Source: the human T2T-CHM13v2.0 reference genome, Homo sapiens. From it: 64,000 nt of DNA. Under the pieces are notes generated by a model. It saw only the letters and a program-made list of their open reading frames with translations, made no database searches and was not told the origin of the DNA. Position 1 is the stretch's first letter, and each line of letters starts with the position of its first letter. The translations under genes and the position numbers were made by a program. Shown here piece after piece: positions 15,811 through 29,890 of this stretch. The DNA lies in the NCBI RefSeq assembly GCF_009914755.1, contig NC_060931.1; one strand, written 5' to 3'.

Positions 15811-17559
15811 TCAAGGTCCTTTTAGTCCTGAAGAGTCTATCTGTCAATCAATTATTTATAATTATGTTATGTAAAGCCTATGATACAATATTTCCACTTG
15901 CAAATTTCAGTACAAACTTCATAGCCAGGTTAACTCTTAAGATCAAGAATTGACTGCCAGTAGATCTAGAACTGAACCTAGAACTTCTGAACCACTTGGT
16001 CAATTCACCAAATATTAAATCCCTCTTATATGAAAGATATTGGATGTATAGATTCATTTAATAACAACTGCAGTGAGCCAGATAGTATTCTAAAGCTTTT
16101 AGTTTACAGAAGTAAACAGAAGACACCCAATCTCTACCCTCATGACATCCTTATTAGAGTGGCCATCTGAGTTCCATAACTAAGTCACATCCCCTCCCAT
16201 TAAAATGTTCAGCAGTCCCATACAGGAAAAAATGTACAACTAGCTGACACTGTGATAAGTGTTATCATACCGTGAAACATCTGGTAGATGGGAGCAATAA
16301 AACAAGGAGAGGTTAAAGATGTGTTCCAGGAAGATATGGAGTTTGTCAGGCATGTTGGTATTAGGTAGAGGGGAATAAATGGCTCTCAATGAAGAGAAGA
16401 GGGATTGTGACAGGTGTAGTGGCAGAGGTGTGACCAGGATGGAAGACTGATTCAGAAAACACAAGGTGTCCCAGCACAGCCCTGCCTGTGCACAAAGTCA
16501 CAGGGACTGGCAGAGCTCAGATCCTGGAAGACCACATAAGCCATGTTAAATTCAGACCTGCCATGATAGATACTGTGGAAGAGATTTTTGTCAAATAAGT
16601 GTTGGTCCCACAGGGTAGCAGAAGAAACTTGAGAGGCTTGGGTGTCTCCTCACAGGGAGCAATGGATAAAGGAAGCATGTATTAAAGAGTGTGAAATGTA
16701 TCCCAAAGCAAATTTCCATTACCGATTTTCTGTTAACTGATTCAGATCACTAGAAACATCTAATTTATTTTTTAGACAGTTCCAAAAGATAAGAAAAAGC
16801 AAAACACTGAACTAACACCAGAATCTGTTGATGCATTTTGATCCTGAAACAGGATTCCATATTAAAGTCAGCTAGCACGTTTATGTTAATTTTGTTTAAA
16901 TCAAACACTACTTCTTATGTGGCTATAGCAAATAATGCTTAGAGTCCTAGGAAATTACATTAGCTTCATATCTAGACATTTTGGCTGGAACTAAAATATC
17001 AAGTGTTGTTTATACATGAAATCATGTAATCTTAGAGTTGGAAGACCTTAAAGGTCATGTAGTACAATGTTCAGACCAACGCATGAGGCCACACTCTCCA
17101 CAATGTCCTGCTTCTTTTAAAAGTCTTTCTATTTATTCATCCAGTGAATATTTGTAGATTACCAACAATGCACAGGGTGCTGGAGATACATGATACGTGA
17201 TATGTTCTCTGTCTTCATGAAACTTACTTTAAAAAATTGATAGATGACTAGCAATTTAGACTGCTGTTTCTCTCCTACCACCGCCGACCCCCTTTCCTTA
17301 ACATCAAAAAATACAAACCAACCTACTAGCCAAATATGTCAAAATATGTCTTGGAACAATGTCCACTGGCCTTCTGGGAGTAGCATGAATTCTATTCATA
17401 GCCTAGTCTATTCCCCATGACCTCAGCCACTTCTCAATGTTCAGCCCTTATCTCTCCCTGACTCTCTCTCTTATGATTTTTTAAAACTCACTGCACCTAC
17501 CAGAAATAATAATAATGATTAAAGGGCCTCTACTCATAAATTCAAATGCCTAGTTGTTT

Positions 17560-17750
17560 TAGTAATACTAGCTTACACTTACATAGTACTTTCCATGAAC
17601 CAGGCACTTTCTGAAGCACTTGATATGTGTTCACTCCTTGAATTTTCATAAAAACATTGTGAAGTAGGCACTCATTTTAGTCTTCATTTTACAAATGAAT
17701 ATACTGAGGCATGTAAAATCAAACGCCATACTTGTCAAAGGTAAGCTAGA
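17560..17750. mobile_element. MIR SINE
   Basis: CCAGGCACTTTCTGAAGCACTT...CATTTTACAAATGAATATACTGAGGC. Confidence 0.65.
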
Positions 17751-17929
17751 ATTGCATTGTGACACTATTAGTTAAAGAGTAATTAAGAGTAATGCAATGA
17801 AATCCTGTAAGAATCTTAGTATCTTATAGTGTCTAAATAAATATGTAAATAAATGCAGTTTTGTGTAATCACAAATTGTGGTACACTTTTTAGATGCTCG
17901 AGACTGATTTTTGTTTTGGATAAATCCAG

Positions 17930-18147
17930 GTCTGCATTGCCCAATATGGAAGCCACTAGCCATACATGACATACAAATCTTAATTAATTAAAAATTAATA
18001 AATTTAAAATTCAGTTCCTCTGTCAAATTAGCTACATTATAGAATGTGCAATAGCCAATAGCCACATGTGGCTAGTGGCTAGAGTATTGGGCAGCACAAA
18101 TACTGAATGTCTCCATCATCACAGAAAGTTCTGTTGGACAACACTGA
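17930..18147. mobile_element. MER3-like hAT-Charlie MITE
   Basis: CCAATATGGAAGCCACTAGCCA...GCCACATGTGGCTAGTGGCTA...CAGAAAGTTCTGTTGGACAACACTG. Confidence 0.8.
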
Positions 18148-19431
18148 TCTAGATGGTGATGAAAATGGCAAAAACCCTATCTATGAGAGAGAATGATGTA
18201 TTGAAGGCCAGACTGAAGCCCTTGGGTTAGCTCCTGCCCTCCTTGACTCATGAGCAAAATGGATTAGGCAAATGCTTTATTTTCTTGTTCTTCCTCCTTT
18301 TTTATCACACAAATATCAAAAATTCATCATTAGCAAAATTGAAAATGCAAAGAAGTAAAATGAAAAACAAGTCATAAATTCTCCTAAGTTAGGTGATGCT
18401 ACTTTGAAGTAGAAATCCACTTCTAAATAGAAGGTAATTAGTGATTAATTTTTGTTTAATTTTTCCTCTGAGTCTTTCAATAGCTAATAATGGACCTACT
18501 GTGATCTCACAATAATCTACTACATTTTACATATTAATATGCTTACTCAATAAGTAATTACCAAGAATTTCTTTAAATTAAAAAAAGAAAACTGAATTAA
18601 CAGAAACAGGTACTCTACCCAGAGGGGAGAAGCGTAACACTTTAGTGTAGACTAACTCATTTCAACTATTAGGAAACCCAGGGAATCCCATCCTTTTACA
18701 AAAATATTTTCATACTCCCTTTAAAGAGCAGAGTGGGAAAATGTTGAGGAAATGAGGCCTTCCTGTTTCTGCCACATGTGTTTAATTATCCAGCTGCAGC
18801 TCCAAAATAAGTAAGATCGGAAAATTCTTTCAGATCTCCGTGTAGCTGAATATCAAAGGAAATTTGGGTGATTCTAAAACTATTGTACTTCTGGTTCGTG
18901 TTGGAATTATGAGAGTTCTCCTGTTTTTGTCTCTAAATATAGAGTTCAGTGATTTGAACCTATGGAATCTCCCTGCAGTCTTTTTTCTTTTATATGACGA
19001 CTATATAATAAGTGAAGAGCATTTTGAAGAGGGCAAGTTCACTTTTTTTAGTTGAGGCCAAAGGCCACAGTAAAATCTTTGTTCTTTTACTTTTATTTCT
19101 AACTATGCCTAATTTTTTTAGTATTCTCTGAAATTTTATTAAATTCTTTTTATAAATATCTTTCTGGATCTTTTAAAACTTTTTTTCTTCAACATCTAAG
19201 AAAAAACATGTCACAATAATATTGTGATGCTTGCCTTTGCTGGGCAAAATATGTTTTTCAGACGTTAATCTTTATTACAAATACAGATCTGAAGGAGCTT
19301 TAGGCAGTCAGTTCAGTCTAACCTGTTTCCAAACAGGTCTGATGAAGCCTGAGCTGGTGATGCCACCAAGGCAGATTTTATGATAGGGAGAAAGTGCAAT
19401 ATTTGAAGGGTAGAAAACAGCAAGAAAGTGA

Positions 19432-19787
<356 letters not shown>

Positions 19788-20479
19788 CGGATGGGTCACT
19801 TCTTTAGGAAAGAAAACCTCTACTCCACTGTTAAATGTAAGAGCTCAGAAACCATTGAAATACTTTTTATATAATGTTAAGGAGTACAAGAAAGTGTAAT
19901 GGTAGAGGAACAGTCAATGCAAAAAGTAAAATCAATACATGCCAATAAAAAATGTGAAACCTTCTAAAGGAAAGAATATATACATTTGCCCAAGAAATTC
20001 TTCTATTTAGAATAAACAATTTTAAAACATGGATATGCATATTTAGTATGAGACATTAACATGTAAATTATCTTTAAATAGTTTTTTTATTATATTGTTA
20101 AAAGAGTAAAGAATGTGTGTTGGGGTCCTAGGTGTGGAAAGTGATGCTGAGCCAGAATTAGGAAGATACTCTGTTATTGAGAAGCTGGGAATTTGAAAGG
20201 AAGTTTGGTATCTGAGAGAGGTGAAGGAGGGAGGGGGCATAAACATTTTTCCACAAACACTCCCAGATCAGGAATTTGTGTGACTAAGGCATGATGCATA
20301 ACTGAAATCTAAAAAGGTGTGACTAATGCCTGTGTAATTTTTTGTGGTGCATTTCTGTTCATGAAAGTAAAACAATGCCTTTTCCAAGTTTTAGTATTTG
20401 GAAAGCTTCCCATAGGGAGTATCAAAAATACATATTCTTCCACTACCTTTACTCTTCCACAATTAATTCTGGCTTCACT

Positions 20480-20730
20480 CCTCACCTATTGTGGGACTGT
20501 GAACCAGTGACCTAGCTTCTCCATGTTGCTTTTCCCACGTGTAAAATTGAGATATTAATAGTACATATGACATAAAGTTGTTATAAGTTGTTATAAATGA
20601 GGTAAAGATTAAATAAAATACTAATTGAATCTAAAACATAAAGTTGTTATAAAGATTAAGTGAGATAGTGCAAATAAAGTGCTTAGCACAGCGCCTGGAA
20701 CATAGTGAAGTCTGCAATAAGTGGAAGTCA
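20480..20730. mobile_element. MIR SINE
   Basis: GTAAAATTGAGATATTAATAGTA...AAAGTGCTTAGCACAGCGCCTGGAACATAGT. Confidence 0.7.
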
Positions 20731-20974
20731 TTCAAACTATTAGGGTCTTTAAAACCACAGGGATATTTCACAGGAACAAAGCAGTGATCTATATAGTATG
20801 TCATATGAATGGGAAAAATAGCCAATGTGACAAAAGAAGATACACATCAGTGTCTGTTGAATTAAGGCTCTGGTTGGTGATAATTCTATACCTGTGGATT
20901 TCCGAAGACCAGCTGAACAAACACAATTCCCAATAAATATACTTGTCTGCCTTACGAGGCAGCATTCTGTCGAA

Positions 20975-21163
20975 CTGTGCTATCCAATAGAGCTTTCTCT
21001 GATGATGGAAATATTCTATTACTCTCTACCCAGTACAGTAGCCTCTTGCCACATGTCATAACTGAGTACTTGGAATATGGTTAGTATAACTGAGGGACTG
21101 AACTTTTATTTTAAATTTAGATAGCCATATGTGGCTGTGGCTGCCATTTTGGACAGCACAGCT
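20975..21163. mobile_element. MER3-like hAT-Charlie MITE (opposite orientation to the 17930 copy)
   Basis: CTGTGCTATCCAATAGAGCTTTCTCTGATGATGGAAAT...GCCATATGTGGCT...TTGGACAGCACAG. Confidence 0.8.
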
Positions 21164-23254
21164 ATAGAAAGATACAAATAAACAGCATACATAAGTCATA
21201 AGTCATATATTTAAAACAACTTCTCTTTTCCTCACTCTACATTATGCCAAAGCCAAAAGACAAGTTTAAGTACCTTGCATCATCCTTTTATTATGGCACA
21301 CTAGAATACTCAGCGTAGGTATATGCTGAAGGGGCAAAGAGCAAGGACATTCCAGTAGCATAGCACATCTAGAACCCAGATCTCAGTTTCAAAGTACCAT
21401 TATTCACTAAGAGTACACATGAATTTTTGGAGACGTGGCTGATTCCGAGTTGGAGATGAAGAATACAAAGTCAAAAAACAAAAACAAAACAAAACATGAT
21501 GCAGTTACACAAAGAAATTTCAATATTTGTTTGCATTTTTGAAAGATATTAAAGGTTGTCCAATCGTTGCCTACAGCAACACTTCTTAAAATTCCATTTA
21601 TCCCATTCCTTTCCATATCTCCCGCACCCTGCATCTGTCTTAAATATCAGACTCTCCCCCTTTTCCTCTCAATTCCCACTAAATTCAGTCTCCAAACAAA
21701 ATTTGTATAGTTCCTCACCTCTCTCCATTCTTTTGCTTTCTCCTCAAGTCTTTCTTTTTTCCCCCTTGAATAAATCTTTCTAGTGCAGATACCCCTTCCT
21801 TGCTTCTCCTTTCCCCATTCTCTGATTTTATGGCACAGAAAGCAAGGAACCAAGATGGCAGATTCAACATATCTCTTAGAAATTACAAAGACCAAGCTAA
21901 CAAATTCAGATTTCTCTTATAGACGTGGTCAGAGGGAGAAAGTATGGAAGTACTTGTAACTTAATTTTTTCTTTCTACTTATTTTTGAGTCCTAAGCACA
22001 TGTATTATATACTATTTTCTGAGACCCTTTCTAATGTCATCTAACCAAGTTTCTGAAAGCACCACACACAGTTAATCCTATACATGCAATTATTTGTTGA
22101 CTATATAATATTATAAGTAAAATTACTTCCTGCCAAAAATATATCCTCATTTCAGATAGCAAGTTCCCTGTTAGAATGAGGTATGTATTTCCTTTCCAAG
22201 CATTATTATACAAAAATAGAAATACACCTAGAGGAATAACACATTAAACAACTATCAAACGTTAACATTCAACATATCTGTTTCTGCCCTGGCAGGTTCC
22301 TGGCATCAGACAATGCCTGGAATGGAACTATTCCTAAAAGTGGAAGGGCTGATGGCATTGTACCATCGTAGGTACAATGCACGCCATGGGGTGTAGCTGG
22401 GAAGGGTGTGTTTGGGGTGGAAGCAAAAATCATAAGGTCACCCGAATGCTAGTTGAGGGGTAAGACACACGAAGAGTAAGCAAGATGCCCCCAAAATTCC
22501 ATTTCACGGTATTGCCTCTAGTCGTCCTTATCCATTCATCAAATAATTAAGGTATGAACAATATATAATTAAATAATTTTGGCAAAAGGTGAGTTTCTGT
22601 TATTATACAAAGGCTTAACTAATAATGTGAGTCTTAAGGTTTCATACTATGAAATGCTAGAAAACATAACAGACGTTCTCACACCTTTCTCAGTTTCTAT
22701 CTTGGTGCCTCTATTAATACACGAAAATAATGTGCTTCCCCTTTACAGCCATGAAAATCATATTGAAAATGATGCATACTAAACAAAAAGATACTGTGTC
22801 CTTGAAGAATCAGGCCATAAACAAGACTTCTTTTGGCATTCACTAGAAAAATCTCAAACTCATGAGGACCTTTTTCCAAGGCCATCTTTTAAGTAACGCA
22901 AATTTGGAAATACATGAGAGGAAATAATTTGTTAACCAGCTGTCTTTCTTAAACATCTCATTAAACAAATTAATCCATACCAAAGGGGCTACCATACAAG
23001 GTCATAAATGAAACAAGTCTTGCATATTTGTCACTAGGGCAAAAGATACAAAAGAGATAAAATTCTGGGAACAAACTATGCTGTTTAAACTCTCACAAAC
23101 ACTTTCTAATTAAAATTTGGAATAGAATGGAAATCAACAGTACTCAGTCATTTCTTTACATCAACTATATTTAGAATAGGACAAATAATGAAAGATTTAA
23201 TAATGTTCATATGGAATGCATTGAGATCAGGCAGCTTGGAGAGGTTGGCTTTAT

Positions 23255-23530
23255 AGACAAAAATACTCTATGATTCCACTTATATGAGGTACCTAAAGGA
23301 GTCAATTTATAGAAACAGAAAGCAGAATGGTGGTCTCCAGAGGCTGGGAGGAAACGTGAATGGGGAGTTGTTTAATGGGTATAGAGTTCGTCTTGGAAGA
23401 TGAAAGGAGTTCTGGAGATTGTTTGCACAACAATATGAATATACTTAACTCTACTGAATTGTACATTTAAAAATGGTTAAGATGGCAACTGTTCTATTAT
23501 GTGTATTTTACCACAATTAAATTTCTTTAA
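23255..23530 (+). mobile_element. L1MB-like 3' end
   Basis: TGATTCCACTTATATGAGGTACCTA...GAATGGTGG...TGTGTATTTTACCACAATT. Confidence 0.8.
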
Positions 23531-24255
23531 AAGAGAGAAAAAATACCTCAGTTGTTTCCTGTAATATTCAGATAGAATTCTGGAGGAAAGATCGTCTAAG
23601 TCCTAGTTATGTTAGATCCTTCAAGATCCTGTCCCTCCTTACGTCTCCCTCTGATGACGTCTCCCTTCAGCACTGACACTCTGTACTGCTAGCTGTACTG
23701 GAAAGTTCCTAGATGGCAGTTTTTTTCTCAAACTCTGACTCCCAGAACATTTTCTACTTTTTCCCCTGGGAGATGATGGGGGATTTACCCTGAAGCTAAG
23801 GAAGCTAAGACAGCAGGGCACTTCACCACCATTCTCTTCCAAAGCCATGTACTTAATTTTTTTCATTTTATTTTAAACCACTCCCTCTCTCCCCACATAC
23901 ACAAAAAATTTGTATAAGCTTCAGACCCCACTAAACTTGCATCCACCTCTGCCAAGGTGTCTTATATATATAGTAGGATATCCCTTCCTCCAGGACATAA
24001 GCATCCTGTCCCAAACCCCCTTTTGGTGATGTGTGTATTGTCACATTGTTTACGTATTGTCACAGACACTGGATTGTACTTACCAGCCTTCCAAACCAAG
24101 CTGTGTGTGTTTTCTAAGGAAAGGGATTTTATTTGTCTCTCTACTTCAGTTCCTGAAACATAGTACAGGATAAGTGTACAAGAATTGATTTAAGTCAGTT
24201 CACGAACTGACTTAAGAAAGCTGGCAGAAGAGTCAGGACTAAAATCGAGTCTTTA

Positions 24256-24501
24256 AGTTATGGGTACGCAAAGGCAGACAGAGTGGTATAATGGCCATTG
24301 GAGACTCAGAAGAGGGAGGGTAAGAGGAGGGCGAGGGAAAAAAATTACATATTGATTACCACATACACTGTTCAGGTGGCAGGTACACTAAAATCTCAGA
24401 TTTCACCACTATACAATTCATCCATGTAACCAAAAATCACTTGTTCCCCAAAAGCTATCAAAATTTTAAAACTTTTTAAATAATTAATATAATAATAATA
24501 A
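24256..24501 (+). mobile_element. L1PB (L1PB4-like) 3' end with (AAT)n tail
   Basis: GGGTACGCAAAGGCAGACAGAGTGGTATAATG...; perfect TSD TAAAATCGAGTCTTTA at 24240-24255 and 24502-24517. Confidence 0.85.
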
Positions 24502-24989
24502 TAAAATCGAGTCTTTAGTATTTCCCCTACCCCTAACTCATCTTTTCTTCTTTGCCTAGTTAGGGGCACACAAACTTCCCTCTTAGAAATATAGGGATTT
24601 GCTTGCTATGCAAAGTAAACATTAAACAGGTTTAACTAGACAGCTCAAGTTTTATGAAACTAATCTTTATGTCAAGACACTGAAGGCAACTTAATAAAAA
24701 CAGGGATTTAGATATGAATAAACTATATACAAACTTGACGTCCTACTTGAAGAAAAAGTAAAAGTTGGGCTCAGTATTTCTGTCTGCATACTGTGCAAAC
24801 AATTCCTAAAATACAAATCATACCTCTAAAGTGAAATAAGGAAAAGTTCCTCATACTGAAAAGCTCCCTCAGAATGCATTTTAGATCCTCAAAAACTTAA
24901 GGACAAGTTCATATGTAGGTATTTCTGTGTGCTTACACAGGATTAATACTTTTGAATCATTAACAAGTCAAATTAGTAAGAATAAAAAT

Positions 24990-25230
24990 AAACAATATTA
25001 ATGTGTACTTAGTATGTCAACATTTTGCTGTTTTCCCATGCATTATTTTATTTTAGCCTCTTGATGTCTCTATGAGGTAAGTATTATTATTATTATTATT
25101 CCCATTTCACAAGCTTTGAGAGAATAAGTCAAGTGTTCCAGGTCACCCAGCCAGAAAGGTATTAAGCCAGGACTGGCACTCAATGCCTGGCCTCCAAGCC
25201 AAACCCTTTCACCATTAAGCTGCATTATCT
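24990..25230. mobile_element. MIR SINE
   Basis: TATGAGGTAAGTATTATT...CCCATTTCACA...AGGTCACCCAGCCAG. Confidence 0.65.
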
Positions 25231-26189
25231 CTCTTTTTTTGAAGTTATCTTTTCCAAAGGCCATTTTCAGTCCAGGACAAAGCAGTGAGGCCGGCTGGGG
25301 CATCAGGGCACTCCCTGAGCTCACAAAGGGATAATGAGAATATTCAAAAAGATCATCCTGCTAGAGATGAGTAAGAAAACAGGGAGATATAAATTTTATG
25401 TACTTAAAAAATGAATCATGCAGACATTGCCTGAGTTATAAGCAACTATTTCAGGCTAGATGAATTTTGTGAAATAAAATTTTGGGGACCTTAAATTGTG
25501 TATATATTATAGTTAAGTTGATCCCTGAGTTTTAATTTACGGGTATATTTTATTTAGAATCACAATTGTTTTTATAATACAATAATAACAAAACCGTCAC
25601 TCTGAATAAACAGGAATATATGTTTATGTTGTACAGTAACTTGTTCCAAGGAGTTATTAAAACTGTAAACCAGACTTTACAGAAGGCAGAGGCAAAAGGA
25701 AAGCATGTTGCTATCTTATCCTGCAGTGCAGATGAAGATATCAAAATGGGGTATTGCCTGCCAGGTGTATTGTAAACTGTGATTGGAAAAGGAGACAAAA
25801 TAAGGAATCAAGATATCATGCCAATGCTTTAAAAGAAAGTGCTTTTGTTTTCAATATTTTTAAGGTTAACAGAGTGAAAAGACTGAATTAAAATCAATGG
25901 TCAGTTCTTACATGCTTCTTCAAATTTCCCAAACCATGTGTTTGCCTTCTCTATTTGCTATCTCAGAGAGTTTTGAATTAGAACCACTTTCCTTCCTAAA
26001 TTTAAAGCAGTAATAAAATGTTAAACTGCAGAAATGAAATGATTATGTATATGTATATGTGTATGTATATGTATATGCATATGTATATAACATAGTTTCA
26101 GTAGTACATTACTGAAAACATGAAAGCCTAACTAGATAATTACTGGTACAACACATTTCTTCTGTTGCACATGTACCGGGAAGAAAATC

Positions 26190-27060
26190 AAATTCAAAAG
26201 GAGTGGTGCAAGATGGTGGACTGAGCACATTTGTTTATCCTCTTTTCTTCTCTAGATCTTTTCAAAAGTAAAGATATAGAGAAAACATAGAATCACAAAA
26301 AAAGAAAGAACTGGAGATGGACTATCAGCAAATAAGAGTTTTAAATGAAGTTACAGGAGGCAAAAAGTAGAATGAGGTGGGATAACTAGTGAAGTTATCC
26401 AGAAAAAAAGTCACAGCCCAGAATGTGTTCGTTTTCAACTCTTGAAAGTCAACCTACGTATACATCAGAAAGGTGTTAATTATGGGTGTAGAACAGAATG
26501 CAAATGCTTTTAAACTTGACGTGTATACGTGAAAGTATAAGTGATGTAAATTAGGAAATGGAAACAAGGAAGAAAGTTTAAAACAAGAGTTTAAATTAGT
26601 TTAAATCACTATTGTCCTTTTATGGACTGAGAAGCCTAGAGATACTGTCTATTATCAGTAGATACACAAATAGCCAAGAAGTCATAAAGTACTGCTAGAA
26701 CAGTGCTATAACAAAGCTGGAGGGTGACGGTGGGGGTAGCAATGGTGTGGAGGACATAACACTGCTAAATCTCCATCGATTACATCAGAAAGTCAATAAA
26801 TTACACCAAAGTGCAAAATTAAGAAATAGTGGCATAGTATACATAGCATGTAGATTTATGAAGTTGAGGTATGAAAGAAGTTTGAGACAGAAACACTTAG
26901 GGAAAAAAAAAACTGTTGTCTCTGGGAAACAGAATTACATGTAGGAGAAGATGGGGCAAGGAGCTAATGTTATTACAAATTCTTCCATATTTTATTTTTT
27001 TAAATGGGCATGTATTATGTTTGCAAAATTCTAAATGCATATAAGAAAAAATAAAAGCCT
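26190..27060 (+). mobile_element. Decayed L1M/HAL1-like fragments
   Basis: CAAGATGGTGGACTGAGCAC 5'-end-like motif followed by A-rich decayed LINE-like sequence. Confidence 0.35.
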
Positions 27061-27678
27061 TCAAACATCTCTGTAGGTTCAGCATATCAATTTACGTTTG
27101 ATACGCATGGTGGGGAAGTAAGGCAAATGCCTGAAAAATGCAGAACCTGCATAGAAAGAATGTAGAAGTTCCTATTTAGGACTGTGTTATGACATGGTGA
27201 TGTCTGTTTCTATTCCGGCCAATAAATCCTGGCAGTTGGTCAATTGTTATCCTGTTAAAAGGTCTGGAGTGGAAGAATGGACTGTGTTTTTCGTAAAAAG
27301 CTTGCTGACAAGACCAGAGAGAGTTTCCACTGGCAATTCTATTTCACAGTCCTTTCCCTTCTTTGGGCAACACAAATGATGGCAATGGGCAACCACATGG
27401 CCTCTAAAATCTTTTCCTTCACTCCTCTGAGTGCAAATCTCTACAGCACAGAAATGCTCTGGATAGTTCTGTGCTTCTGTGATTGGTAATATCCCTTGGA
27501 CATGTTTAAGAACTATAGAAGCAAAATAGCTTGATTTTCCAGAACACGGCATCTTCACGATATAGCATCTACTAATTTAAGATAAAACGGTTTCATAGAT
27601 CCAAAAAGGTAGAAAAGTTCCAGTGATTCATAGAGTTAATTGGTCAATTATTGCCAATTAGAATTAGTCAGAAATATG

Positions 27679-27706
27679 CACACACACACACACACACACA
27701 CACACA
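27679..27706. repeat. (CA)n microsatellite
   Basis: Visible CA run. Confidence 0.95.
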
Positions 27707-28759
27707 GGACAAAACATATCTCTGCATAGTTCAACTTTGTTCCAAAAGGAAATAATAATCAATCCCTAAAACAACAGAAATGTCACTAGCCTGTCAAATC
27801 CTGGGTAGCACTCGGGCCTCAGAGAGTTAAATTCACGCCATATTAGGAAGGCATTAATTATTATTACAGAACAGAATGTAATAATATTACATTATTAATA
27901 TACCAAATAATATTACAAATATTATTACAGAAAGTAATAATATTAAAATTGATATACTGAACCTATAATGTTATATAATTATTATTACATAACATTCTGT
28001 TTATTAGGTAAAAATGTAAATGATATAATTTGGAAGATGCAGTTCTCCTAAATGTAGCTCTCAGATTCCCAAAGCACTGGCCAGTAAGAAGGCTGCAGCT
28101 TGCCTACAAGTGACACACCTAAATGAGACCCAAGTGACTGAGTTAACAAATTCTTGTAACTATTGGCTCTAGGTGAATTTATGGGCAAACATAGGCAGCC
28201 TAGCACTGGAGGTGTGTAGGACTATACCACTTCAATTCCAAATCCATCTTTCTATGAGAATAATTCAGGATAACCCTCCCTCACTCTACTCATGTTCCTC
28301 GGGTGAGTATCATCTCTGCAGGTGTGATTGGTCCAGAAAGCCTGCACACTCTTCTGTGGCCGAGAGCCAGTAGATAGGCTGTATCTTCTTCCAGATATGC
28401 CTGGCCTGCCAGTTTCTTATGGGCTTTTTATTGCCAGCCTCAGTTTTTGCTAATACTAAGCTATTAAAAGCTAATCGCAAATTAATAATAACACATATCT
28501 GTCCATTAATTTAGAATTTATTTCATTCGGTGTTCATGCCAAATCAGAGGCACAGCTCCCATAGACATGGCACACAAGCTTCACCAGATTTACAGACTCC
28601 CATTCCCATATCTCGTCTTTAATTCTGCCTTCCTGCTTGTCACTACAGATGCGCTCTCCATGCTCCCAGCTAAAGCCAATCAATTCTTCCACTTGTGCTG
28701 TAGACACATCTACTTCCTCTTGGTCAAGAATATCATTTCAAGGATAGATACCCCATTCT

Positions 28760-28872
28760 TCATGATGTGATTATTATTGCTTGCCTGTATCAAAACGTCT
28801 CATGTACCCCAGAAATACATACACCTACAATGTACCCACAAAAATGAAAACTTTTAACTTTAAAAAAATTTA
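28760..28872 (+). mobile_element. L1MA (L1MA1/2-like) short 3' end
   Basis: CATGATGTGATTATT...CCTGTATCAAAACGTCTCATGTACCCC...ATGTACCCACAAAAAT. Confidence 0.75.
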
Positions 28873-29499
28873 AAGAACATTATATCAGCAAGTTTCACCC
28901 CCTCTCCTGCAGCATCCATTTTTCTCTCTCTATCCATTAAGATACACATGTACTACTATTTCTCCCATTTAAAAAAAACTTTAAAACCTTGTTCTTGGTC
29001 CTGCTTCTTTTTTTAGCAACCATTCTTGTTTTTCCTCATCATTTATATCAAATGTTCTCAGAAAGAGTTGCCTAAACCTACTCCAATTGTTTCAAATTCC
29101 TCTCTTTACATTCTCCCCTAAATCCATGTCAGGCTTCCAAAAATGTGGAGAACACCAATGAGCTCCCCCTGGCTGATGCAATGGTCAATTCTCAGTTCTC
29201 ACCTTACTGGAAATATCAGCAATATCTGTCATAGTCCTTCAATCTCTCCTCCTTGATGCCCTTTCTTCACTTGAATTCCAGGCACCTTGGTCTCCTGACT
29301 TTCTTCCTACCTCACCAGATGGCCCTTGCCAGTCTCCTTTACTGTTTTTTCTTCCTCTCCCAGACCTCCCAACATTGGAGTACCCCATGGCTCAACTGTT
29401 CTTCCGCTTCTTTAATTCTTTTCAATCCCTGGTGATTTTACAATCTCTTTGACTTAAATACTATCCACATGGTCAACCACTCTCAAACTTATATGATAC

Positions 29500-29890
29500 A
29501 GACAGGCCTATCACCTGGCCTGCTCCTATATCAGAGTCTGTATTTCCTTCCTCCTTGCAGTTAGGTGGCACCATATGAATAGCTTTGGCCTTAGTCAACG
29601 GGCTATGAGAGAAAGTGATTGGTGTCACTTCTGGACTGATATATTAGAAACCAATGTGTGACTCTCCAGTTCTTTTATCTCCCTGCTGTGTAACCTGCAA
29701 GCCATGTGTTTCAGACACAGTTACAATATGGTGATGTTTCCATCAGCTCTGATGCCTGAGTATATGTATGAAGCAGAGCTCCCAACACTCATGTTTGATA
29801 TGTATCCTCAGTGAGAAGAAATCCTGTGCTATGTTAAGCCATTCACAACTTGGGACTTTTAACTATAACATAATTTAGGTTTTCCTAAAA
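29500..29890. mobile_element. MLT1-family MaLR LTR
   Basis: CTCCTTGCAGTTAGGTGGCACCATATG...GAGAAGAAATCCTGTGCTATGTTAAGCCATT. Confidence 0.65.

Noticed and set aside
27080-27620. Unique-looking block with ORF 27247-27558 (Cys/His-rich)
   Set aside because: No recognisable domain or convincing splice sites; may be a conserved non-coding or ancient repeat sequence but cannot be supported here.
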